Source of the DNA: Anthoceros angustus
Taxonomy: Eukaryota > Plantae > Anthocerotophyta
Assembly: GCA_010909165.1 (NCBI GenBank)
Contig: MU008159.1
Span: 2,170,001-2,234,000 of the forward strand
Direction of reading: 5' to 3'
Length of the DNA stretch: 64,000 nucleotides
Shown here one piece after another: positions 21,320-32,770 of the stretch. Position 1 is the first letter of the stretch. Every line of letters begins with the position of its first letter. The notes beneath the pieces were generated by a model. The model ran no database searches. It was not told the DNA's origin and saw only the letters and a program-made list of their open reading frames with translations. A program made the translations under genes and the position numbers.

Positions 21320-23039
21320 GGATGGCTTAGCTTAAGTTCAGCAATATCCGAATTTTGTTCAAATTTGAAATAGCACTCAGATGGGCAGTGTAACGTGCTT
21401 TGGAGTTTTGAAAGCTAGATTCAGATGCTTGGTGGAGAGGTTGGACATGAAGCAATCTACGTTCCAGCATTAGTCCAAACATGCTTTGATTTTGCACAAC
21501 ATGTGTATCTAGAAAAAGAATACTTTCGAAGAGCGGTGGCTTGATGAGGCCATGCATGATTGCGAAGCTACTATTTAAGATGACCTACAAGTACAAGCTA
21601 GGGTGGTGGCACGGCAAACTTTATTTCATATTGCAGGTGTCAGAGCGCATCAACGCAGGGCTGTGGATGTTGACACTGAGCCAAACCAGGACCACGAAAA
21701 TGAGGTAGAGTTATCCGGATATCGTGATGGTGTGAAGCAAATTGCTGCTCTAGCTGCAGCACTGTTCTCTGCTAGAATGCAAGAATTGGTTCAGCAAACT
21801 TTTCCAAACGAAAGAGGTTCTTTCCCAAATGAATGAATAGTTTCTTTCGTACAAACTAAGTGCTTGGTACATTTTCAGACATCCTTGCAACTACTACTGA
21901 AGCTAAAACTATTATGACTTTGTCAAGTTTTCCAACAAGGGCAACACTTGTATTGTCATCCGGACCTTTTCCTTATCGGAAAGCGGAAGTCCTGACTAGG
22001 GATCACGTTCTTCTTCTGAAAGACTGCTACTGGCATGTTGCCTGGTTAGCACATCACCTTCTCCATCAAAACCATGTCAATATGAACTCCTACCACCTAC
22101 AATTTCCTCTTTGGACTTGAAGCCTGAACTAATTGGTGAAATTTGCCGCCTGTGGGAGTCCACATGGATGCCTGGGGGACAAATAATATTGGCCCTTCCA
22201 CTCATGTATTTATCTACGATATTGAACCACACACACTTCTCAGATCTAGTATTCCCAAAAATGGCATTCAAATCCTTGTCCTACTTGTAGTCTTTGTGGA
22301 TGTTCTAAATTCCACTTTTGATCGCAAGACATAGCCGATTTGTCAAAGTCATAGGGTCTATGCACGCTTAGGTGCATCACTTCCATCCAAAATTGGGAGT
22401 GATAACTTGCTAAGTACATGGTGGTAAAAACGGGGTTTTTTTTTAATCCGCTTCACATACGCCTTTAAAATATCCTTGCCGGGTAATCGGGTCCGTGGGT
22501 TTAGTTGTGGCTTACGCGCTTGCTTGTGTGGAAGTGGAGCGAGATAAAGGTGAGGTTGTTTGTGTTTGTGTGTGGTCAAGTAGATGGGGAATGCACGTGC
22601 AGAATGGGGAAGTTGATGGTGGTGTTGAGAATGGCGGGGTTGGTAGTGATGGGGAGGTGGTTTTTGTGTGGAGGCATGCTTTTATGTGATGTGGGAGGGC
22701 CATGTGGGAGGAGGCAGGAGGGTTTAGGTGGGAGGAGGTGGGGAGGATGAAGGTGGGAGGAGGTGGGATGGCGCAGGTGGGAAGGGCGGTGGAGGTGTTG
22801 GAAGACGGCGGCGCAAGGCTTAGATTGACTCGGCCACATGTGATGTGACATGTCCTTTGGGCCGCCTGTAGGATCTGGACCGCCGAGGTGGAGTTGGCGG
22901 GGCTTCCTTTGCCTCGCCGAGTTCGCCTCGCAGCCCTCGTGCTCCCCATCTTTTCCCGCCGCAATGGGGTGGCCCGCGACAACAACATGGCTGCCGCCCA
23001 CCTTCCAAAGATGTTGAACATGCGTTGAACATACGGTCG

Positions 23040-24642
23040 CCTCTTGCGCTGAATTGGGAGGAGCCGTGAGGAAATTCGACGAGAGCAAGGCACGGGTTTT
23101 GGCTTTGTTGGGGAGTGACCGCCCTCGTATGTGGTGGAAGTGGACCTGCACGATCGGGGTTGATTGGACTTTTTTTTGCAGCTAACTTGTATGGATCCCG
23201 CTACCTCCGCCCGATGGACTCATGAAGGAGGGCATGTAAGATTGTCATTGCTTCGCATGTATGAAACAAACGGCTTGTGCACTTGAATCGCCAGCCACAT
23301 TGATTTCGGGGACATGGTGATGGTAACGTGATGCGATGATTGGGCTAATCATGTCCTGCTTGGTTTTTGTGTTGTAGAGTGAAGGCCACCAGAATCATGG
23401 AGTGGAGGCCGCTTGGGACGATGCAGCCGTGTGGTCGCCTTGTGGTGAATTGGGAGGAGCTGCAGTGGTAATTCGACGTAGAGCAAGGCATGTGGTTTTG
23501 GCTTTTGTTGGGGAGTGACCGACCTCACGATGTGGTGGAAGTGGACTCCGATCGGGGTTGATTGGACTTTTTTTTGCGCCTGCCAACTTGTATGGATCCC
23601 GCCACCGCCTGATGGACTCATGAGGGCAGCATGAAGGTTGTCATTGCTTCGCATGTAAGGAAACAAACGGCTTGTGCACTTACCGCCACCACATTGATTT
23701 CAATGGACATGGTGATGGTAACGTGATGCGCATGCATTGGGCTAATCATGTCCTGCTTGGTTTTTGTGTGTAGAGTGAAGGCCACTGTAATCATGGAGTG
23801 GAGGCTTTGGGACGATGCAGCCGTGGTGGTCGCCTCTTGTGGTGAATTGGGAGGAGCCAGGGTACCGTGACGAGCAAGGTATGGTTTTGGCTTTTTGTTG
23901 GGGAGTGACCGCCTCACGTATGTGGTGGAAGTGGACTCGTGCCGATCGGGGTTGATTGGACTTTTGCAGCTTGCCAACTTGAATGGATCCCGCCACCGCC
24001 TGGATGGACTCATGAGGGCATGTAAGGTTGTCATTGATTCGTATAGAAGGAAACAAACTTGTGCACTTGACACGCCACCACATTGATTTCAATGGACATG
24101 GTGATGGTAACGTGATGCAGCATGCATTGGGCTAATCATGTCCCGCTTGGTTTTTGTGTTGTAGAGTGAAGGCCACAGAATCATGGAGTGGAGGCCGCTT
24201 GGGACGATGCCGTGGTGGTCGCCTCTTGTGGTGAATTGGGAGGAGCTGGTACCCGCGACGAGCAAGGCATGTGGTTTTGGCTTTTGTTGGGGAGTGACCC
24301 CTCACGTATGTGGTGGAAGTGGACTCGCGGCCGATCGGGGTTGATTGACGCTTTTTGCAGCTTGCCAACTTGAATGGATCCCGCCACCGCCTCGTGGACC
24401 CATGAGGCATGAAGGTTGTCATTGATTCGTATAGAAGGAAACAAACGGCTTGTGCACTTGACACGCCAGCTCACATTGATTTCAAAGGACATGGTGATGG
24501 TAACGTGATGCGCATGTATTGGGCTAATCATGTCCCGCTTGGTTTTTGTGTTGTAGAGTGAAGGCCAACTGTAATCATGGAGTGGAGGCCGCTTGGGACG
24601 ATGCAGCCGTGGTGGTCGCCTCTTGGTGAATTGGGAGGAGCC
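23040..24642. repeat. Tandem satellite, ~395-bp unit, just over 4 copies
   Basis: Anchor gaattgggaggagc recurs at ~23053, 23448, 23844, 24234 and 24628. Units differ mostly by small indels. Confidence 0.92.
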
Positions 24643-24676
24643 AGAGTGGCAATATGGAAGGTGCCAGGTTGAGGTG

Positions 24677-27600
24677 AGTTAGAATTGCATGCGAAGCTGC
24701 CTTAAGCAAAGATGCTATATTAACAATGAATCAAGTGTGTTCATAGGTGGGCTTTTAGGTGGTCTCAAGGGTGTGTCCTTCGCTAGCCTAGCTAACTACC
24801 TATACTAACCGCTAGGTCTAGCTGACTAACCATATTGGTACGTAACCAACGTGGTCCGCTATTATTTCTAACTCTCCTCTCGACACGCTTGCGAGAGCAA
24901 CCAAGAAAAGGAGGTCACTACTAAAAGAAACCGCCATCAAGGCTACCATCTTCGGCTACTGTCACATCTTCTAGTCGCCCCGCCGACGCCGAGTCTGCCG
25001 TCAAAGAACTCACGCAGAGAGCACCACATGACCAGAAGCAAGTCTTCAACTTAAGTTATCTTCAGATGATGGAACAAACATGGAAAGCCTCACCAAATGA
25101 GTGATTTGTCTAGCCATAGCTACTACAATCTACAAGTCCAAGCCCTTCTCCGTGGAAACAAGTGTTTAAACTTGAGACTTCACGTAACATATCAGACATC
25201 ATCTGTTGACACATCCGATCTTCACTAAGCCCTCTCAAAGATCTAACATAATGATGTTGAATCTCAATGTGCTTAGTGCGGCGTGAAACATGTGGTTAGA
25301 AAACTGTATGGTACATATTATCAGCAATAAGCGAGGTCCCGCTTGTTGCATACCCAAGTCTCGTGACAACTTCCTTTCCCACTGCCTCCTTAGTGGCTTC
25401 GTGAGAGCTTTGTACCGACCGTGGAAGATAAAGATATTGAGGCTTGTTTCCTACAAGACCAATTTACAAAAGGGAGCCATGAGGAAGCAATAAGCCGATA
25501 GACTCTTCGTGTCCGTGAAGCCCAATGCATCGACATAGCAAGTCAATTGTAGACTCCTTTGCCACTAGGCTTGTAGCAGACCATAGTTAGAAGTACCCTT
25601 GAGGTACCGCATAATTTTTTAAGTGCTACCCAGTGATCCCTTCCTCGGTTCTCGAGAATTGGGCAACCGACAGATTAGATATGTCCGGTCTTGTCCAGCT
25701 AAGAAACATGAGAGTGCCAACCGCCATACGATAAGGTACACTCTCCATTTCCTTTTCTCTTCGATGGACAAGAAGATGAGGAGAGCTTAACACCAACAAG
25801 ACTGGAGTGGTAGCGCCGTGCATTCTCCAAGTTGAACCTCTTGAGCATCCCGGCCATATATCGACCTTGATGAAGGTAGATTGCTCCAAAAGGATGTTTT
25901 GTGTACGTGCATTCCAAGAATGTATTTAACCCGATCTTTCATTTCAAACTCCTCGAGATCGCCTTGATCCGTTAACCAACTCCACATTGTTACCGGGATA
26001 ACTAAGTCATCCACGATAACGCTATCAAAACAAGTGAGCTGTCCTTTGTAGCACATACAGTTAGTATCTCGCTTCGCTTTGCACGAAGCCAATCTTCTTA
26101 AGATAAGAGTCAATTCTCTTGTACCACAATGAGGACTTTGTTTGAGCCCATAAATAGAACGAAGGAGTTTACACACCTTGTGGAATCTCTTATCCTCATA
26201 ATCCTCGTTGATCCATGTAGATCTCTTCTTCCAAGTGACCATAGAGGAAAGTCAGATAAACGCCCAAATAGATGTCCAAGTTAAGTTCAGACATAAAGCA
26301 AGGAGCATCCTTATCGGTCGCTTTGACGATGTGAGTAGACTTGATCGCCTTGATAGTCGACTCCTCTTCCGACTATAGCCCTTGGCCACTAGCCTCGCTT
26401 ATAACGATGCGGGCTCAACCTCTTGAAACTTGGTTTTGAGTACCCACTTGCACTTGAAGAGTCCTTCCTTCCGGGGTAGATCCACTAACGCCCAAGTGTT
26501 ATTCTTGACTAAAGAGTTATACTCATCGTGGCCGCCACTTGTTAGACTCAGTCTAGCATATGCTTCTTGAAGTGTGAGAGGATCTCCTCAAAACAATGTA
26601 ACTCATAGCAAGAGAATAGGCGGCCGGATCAAGATCAAGATAACCAGCTTGATTGAACTCCAAGTCAAATGGCTTCTCATTCCAGAGGTGTCTTGGTAGT
26701 CTCCGACGCGAGGGGGTACGCCGTGAACAACGACTTGTCTCGGGGTGATGGAGGCGAAAGGAATGTCCGAGCCTCCAAAGATGTATGTCCCCAAATAGAG
26801 GCAAATCCTTGTGCATCATCCATGGGCCGATCATATTCTCTCGAAAGGTGAACCGGAAGAACCGGAATCGCTTGAGGTAAAGGAGCCATGGCAGGGACAG
26901 AACAAGACCATAGAAAAGACGAAGGGCTTAAATCAAAGTGAAATGTCACGAGAGCGGGGACTATTGGGGATAGAAGTGATCATCATCCTCATCCAAAAGC
27001 GGACAGAGGAGAGAATGCTAGCCTCACGAAAGTGACAACCGAGCATAAACAGAGTCCGAGTAGCCACGCCAATCAACTTGTACGCCTTTGCGATCCTCAC
27101 CATAACCACAAACACCAGCCTGCTCGGAAGAAAGCTTATCACGAGCCGAGAGGGACATAAGGCGTGGAGAGCCAAAGACGCGCAAATGGGTGATCAAAGG
27201 CTTGTACCCATGCCAAGACTGAAAGGAGTACGCCAACAACGACTTGGTCAAGAACTGCTCTTGATGCCAGAGACCGCCTCACCAAAAAGACTTAGGCAAG
27301 TTTAGACTGGCTAACATAGCTCGCGCCATGGCCATGAGATCGCCATTGGCCTTCTCAAGAACGCCATTCGAAAGCGTATGTAGGGAACAAAGGAATTGTC
27401 TCAAGATCCCACGCCTCTCATGAGTCTTTGAACCGATGGTTGCTGAGTTCTCCGCATTGTCGGATCCGATGCACCGTAGCCAGCTGTGCAACCGCCATAG
27501 AAACAAAAGGTGAGAACACAAAGAAAGGAGTCACTCTTGACGCACGCAAAAGAGTAGCGGGAATAATCATCCACTATCGCTATAAAATGGCGGCCTAAAG

Positions 27601-30600
27601 AAGTAACAGTGAGAGGTCCACACAAGTCTACGTGAACTAACTCCAAAGGCCGAGAAGCCCTATGAGCAGTGAAGACCAGAGTAGGAGAGCTCCGCCGCTT
27701 GGCAGCACACACGCTTCACAAAGAGGTGGTGTCTTGGCCAAGGAGGGCAACTTATCTCGATACAAGTCCCGCCGAGTCATGGCAAGGAGCTTAAGGTGAT
27801 TGAGGTGCCCAAGTCGACAAAGGCAAAGTAGGGCATTCCGATGGAGGGAGCCTGTGTGGTGAGACAACCTTAGAAGATGCTACAAAGAAGTAGTGTACAC
27901 AGGGGTGCCAAGAAGATGTAGAGATCATCGCGGCTGCCCTCCTACAACTTGCCTTGGCCGAGAGGAACGATAGAGAAACAATCCTCACGTCCAAACTCCA
28001 AAATTAAAAGCTCCATCTAGCGTGGTTGGCGAACGGAAATCAAATTCTTAGCCATCCGCGGACGTGGAGCACACTATTTAGCACAAGGAGGAACCATCCT
28101 CCAAAGGTGAATGTCATGGAACCAACTCAAAGAATAGCAAGGCCGGAGTCATAACAAAGACAAAAACGTTGAGTTGTCGCTGTAGGAAGTAAACATGTGC
28201 TTGAGTCGCAGATATGGGTCATGAGTCCAAAGAACTGAGAGGTCCCGAACTCAAGCTACCAAGCACACTGCTAAAGCAATCTCGCATTTGACCGTTCTTG
28301 GCCTTGGAGACGATAGAGATAGCCTTGATCTCACGCTTGGCCTCACTTACCGCTTTTCCCCGCACTCGCGCCTCCCAAAGGGTCGGGGTGATCGACACCA
28401 ATTGCACGCCCCTTGACGCTTTTGCGTGCTTGGAGGAGGAAGAGGAAGGAGCAGCCTTTGATGGGCCGGAGTTGTTGTTTCCCGGGGTTATTCTCTTCTT
28501 GTTGATTTTGTGACCATCCCCGAGTCACAAACATCACCGCCTCCACCATGTTTAGATGTGCCGGAGTTGAAGCGGGATGCCTCCTCTCAAGGAGTGCGCC
28601 AGCAAGCTCTACGCTTAGGTGGATTGTCCACCACCGCCATCGCTGCTAGAAGTCCGGACCGACCGGTTTTGGGAAGAGACGATCGATAACTAGCCTAAGC
28701 TGTCGGATCAAAGATCAAATTCGACATTGTAGTCCCGAGTGCAGCCAATTGTGCCCAAGGTACCGAATCGCTCACGTGATGGGCAATACTATCACCTTGT
28801 TGCATCCAAGAGTGTAAAACTCTTGTCCGGTGACCAAGGTCATCACATTCGCTGATCGATAGATGTCATTGATCCGCTTCCAGCCTCGAAGTAGTCGACC
28901 GCTTCGGTGATGCAAGGTGGTTCGCCAAGGCCGAAACCAAGATTTGCATGGCTTGACGATCCAACTTGAGCCACGCATCAATCGCCGATCGAGGTGCGGT
29001 AGGCTTTGGGGAAACACCTCCACCGGGGAGAAGATCGCGTGTTGAGAGCCGTTTTCATCCGTCGAGACCAAATCTCATATTTGGTCCCGTTGAACCTATC
29101 TCTTTGAAGTCAGAGACGCTCATAACATTAATTGGAGCCGAGATGGCGGAGGTGGCGGTGGTGGTGGAGTGCCTCGACATGGTCAAATCCTTGGCTCCAC
29201 AATTGTGTAAACGAAAGCGCCGTTGTGACACAAGGCTCAAAACACAAGTGTAGTGTGAGCAAAAATTTTCCAGAGAGTTCAAAGCAAACACACTCACACC
29301 ACCCACCTACACGCATCACCGGATCCCGTGCTCCAAAATTGTTTTCCAGAGCACTCCCTATCAAAGCTGACTCAATGCGTCGAAAGAATTCACAAGATTA
29401 GTGATGTGGGTGATCGATCGCCAAAGATTTTGATAATGGAGAGAGCGTTGCTCGTGAGCTTGGCTTGGGCCTCGCTTGTACTTGAACTCCTTGTAGGCGC
29501 TTCCAAAGTCTCGAAGCAGAGGACGATCTTGGTTCCTCCTTGCCTATGACGGGTGTACGATGTCCCGTTGTTGAAATCGTGTAGGAGGCACACTGCAGCC
29601 AAGAGCCGCCGGAGTGAGAAGGATCGCCACCAAAATCGCCACTACTGAAAAGAGCCCGAAAAACAATTAACGGAGCGAAAGAAAAGAATTAGCCTGCTGG
29701 TCGTAACGGGTGACACTGTCATGAACGGGCACGCCGCTCCGCCGAACGGGTGCGTACATCGAACGGGTGGCACCTGCTCGGGGCGCCTGCTATCCAACTT
29801 GTTGATAACGCCGCCGGGCGGGCGCGACACGCTGGCGAACCGCCGCTGCCGCGGGCCTCCCCGCGCTGCCGCCCGCCGAGCGCCCAACCTCCGAGGTCGG
29901 CGAGGATGGCGGACGGCGGAGATCGCGGCGCGCCTCCCTGTCGATGGCGACTCAAGATGGGGCGCCTGGGGCCTGTGAGATCTCGCGCCTCTCGTAGTGA
30001 AATGCCGAGATTCGTGACGATCAATTATCGCCGCCTCCGCCCAATCCACAAAATTCCTCGGCGATTCGCGGCCGACTTGATGAAACCGATGCTTGTGGGC
30101 TCGAGCCGATCAAGGCGCCTGAGAAGCACCTCGTGATGAATTTTGGCTAGAATCGCCGAGATTGAGAAGAATCGATCTTCTCAATCGTTCTTGTGCTCTC
30201 CGATGTTGACGGTTCAAGCGCACTCCTGAGTGATCTGACGCCGTCTCGGACTGACGGAGATGGAATCCTGATGGCGGAGACCACCCTTGATCTTGCAAGG
30301 TATGGAAGAGAGCATCCACCCAATTCTCGCCGAACATCTGGTAATGGCGAGGTGCTTGAGTGAAGCCAAAACCTCGAGTTGTTATGCGTTGATTGGTGCG
30401 CCCATGGGATCGCTCCCTATCCTCTCCAATGCGCCGTGCTTGGGGCTGAGAGCGACGATTCCTTGCCATGCTTGCTGAGATTAGTGGCTAGGAGATTAGA
30501 GAATGTAAGATGGTCAATAGGATAGATGTTAGTAGAGAGAAAACCTTGAGGCTTCCTCCCCTCTATCCATCTTAAGGACCGTGCTACTTACACCCAATCA

Positions 30601-31199
30601 AATCCCATAGGCAAGTAGATAGGAAAGGAGGCAAGAAAATAAATAGAAAATTGGTTTTCATTTTTCTACATGATTTTCTTCCTTTTCCTAAACCTCTATG
30701 AAAATAGAAGACAATAAAATTTAATTTCTATACATATAAAAGAACTAAATTCATTGCGAGGCTTGAGAAAGCTCTTCTATCAAGTCGCAAGGAAGCGACG
30801 ATGGGGACCTCATCGTAGCTGCCTTCTTTGTGGTCAGGTAGAACCAATCTGCTATCCAAAACAACGTATCAATTTCTTCTAACCATGAGCGAGCAAATGG
30901 AGCTTCAAAGGTCCATGGCCCACCTAGGTAATGATACGTGCAAAAGTCTAGTCATTGAACCTAGAGACCATGGTAGGAGCCGAGGCTCTGATACCAAGTT
31001 AGAATTGCATGCGGAAGCGTCTTAAGCAAAGATGCTATATTAACAATGAATCAAGTGTGTTCATAGGTGGGCTTTTATAGGTGGTCTCGTAAAAGGTGTG
31101 TCCTTTCGCTAGCCTAGCTAACTACCTATACTAACTGCTAGGTCTAGCTGACTAACCAAATTGGTACAGAACCAACGTGGTCTGCTATTATTTCTAACT
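24677..31199 (-). mobile_element. Full-length Ty1/Copia LTR retrotransposon (6.5 kb) with AG...CT LTR termini and a 5-bp TSD AGGTG
   Basis: LTRs 30997-31199 (5') and 24677-24873 (3'). tRNA-iMet PBS TGGTATCAGAGCC at 30984-30996, PPT GAGAGGAG at 24874-24881, TSD AGGTG at 24672-24676 and 31200-31204. Frameshifted gag, protease (~28200), integrase (LGHLNH..CEAC; PLELVHVDLCGP..VDDYSRYS), RT (KLLRSIYGLKQSP; YRMAVGTLMFL) and RNase H occur in Copia order. Confidence 0.93.
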
Positions 31200-31320
31200 A
31201 GGTGTGCTGGGTTGGAGGTGTGCCGGAGTAGGAGGTGTGCCAGAGTTGGAGTTGTGCCGGAGTTTGTGGTGTGCCAATGGTGGAGGTGTGCAGAGTCCCG
31301 AGGTGTGCCGGAGGTGAGTT
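31200..31320. repeat. ~18-bp GGAGGTGTGCCGGAGT-type minisatellite (Copia target site)
   Basis: Repeated ggtgtgcc cores. Similar sequence flanks the other side of the Copia element (24645-24676). Confidence 0.75.
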
Positions 31321-32770
31321 GCCGAGTCATGGTCCTCCTTGTGTGGATCGGAGACCCGCGTGGTGGCTTACCGGAGATGGACCGCCACAGCCCTGGATGG
31401 ACTCTTTATCGAGAGAGAAGTGACCGAAGGGATGTTGGTGGTGGTTGGCCGAGAGAAGGGAGTGAAAGATGGAAGGATGTTTTCCGTTATGGTTGTTTTC
31501 GCCATGGATTTGATCCAATCCATCTCGCGCCTCGCGCTTAACTCGCTTTCTCGCCCGCAGTTGGCGAGGTTAAGTAATATGGCTGACTTTAAGAGGAGCC
31601 CGAGTTTGTTTCGAGGAAGGCGCCGTTAGTCGGAGGTGCGTGAAAGGACCGAATACATGTCAAGAAGTTGCAAGGAAAGCCTCGTGGAATATCTCTGGGA
31701 CCGAAAGAAGAAGATGGTACACTGTAGTGCTGGTTTTCAATGTTAGGGACATTTCATACAATCGATATTCTCAAAGATCTTATTGGGGTGACGAGTTCAT
31801 CGTTAGTGTGTTTTGGGGCCGATAGCTGGGAAGAACGAAGGATTCAAGTGGTCTCGGAAACGTGTTGCAAGTTGCAAGGTGATTTCCCAGCGCGAGTGGG
31901 AAAGCATTGATGATTTGTGTTATTGTGTACGTACCGGAAGCGGCCCTCTAAGGGGAAGAAGTTCATTCTAAGATGGCACCTTGGAGTGCTTGTGGAGAAG
32001 TTGAAAGGTGTCCATTGACTCGGGTTCACTTATGATAAGACAACGAAGCTGCAAAAGTGTGGTTCAAGAGCGTAGTCAAGAAAAGAAGATGCCGAGGATG
32101 TTGCTGGAGGACAACTGTAGTTGAGGTACATATTGTGGCTATGCACTGGGAGTTAAGAACAAGTAGGGTTTCGCTTTTTTTTTTAGGATTGAAGGATAAA
32201 TAAGGCTAAAAGGAGGAATAAAATTGGGGTAGCGCCGACGAGGCTCGGAGTATACTCCGACCGGAGTGAACAACGGACCCGGCACCACTATGGCAAGCTC
32301 CGACCACGAGTAACGGATAAGTCCGAACCCACCTGTGTCAAAACAGGATAAGTACGCCAGGAAGTAACCTAGGAGCGAGGCGTGAGGATGACGAGGCGGC
32401 GCCACGTGGACGGCCCCGAGTGGAGGTCGGGCATGCAGAGGTCAGACCGTAACCTGCCGTAGCAGGCGGTATTCACGCCCGCGCCGCGCGGCGTAAGGCC
32501 GGCAGTAAGCTAAGCGAGGGTCGAGTAAGCCATGCACTCGCGCACGGACAACGAAGAGGCGCCTTCCGCCAGCACTTCCACAAGCGCGCCAAGGAGGGAG
32601 GTCATCCGCGCAGCCTCCGCATAATCCTCATAGCCCTTGCGCCCGCAATCCGCTCGCGCTATCTTTTGGGCGCCCCCAGAGCGCGCTCACAAGGTTGGAG
32701 CAACGCGCGAAGGAGGAACATCGTGCCACGGACTGCCAGCCTACAAAGAATAAGAGAGGAGGAGAAAGCA

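Noticed and set aside
21640-21710. Minus-strand LIFVVLVWLSVNIHSPALMRSD as the missing SUT exon (FVIGFWLLD..QGP.RAL.AD)
   Set aside because: Only weak resemblance, an in-frame stop just upstream, and no convincing splice sites.
23040-24642. Regularly spaced repeats as a CRISPR array
   Set aside because: Whole 395-bp units repeat with no unique spacers, there are no cas genes, and the context is eukaryotic.
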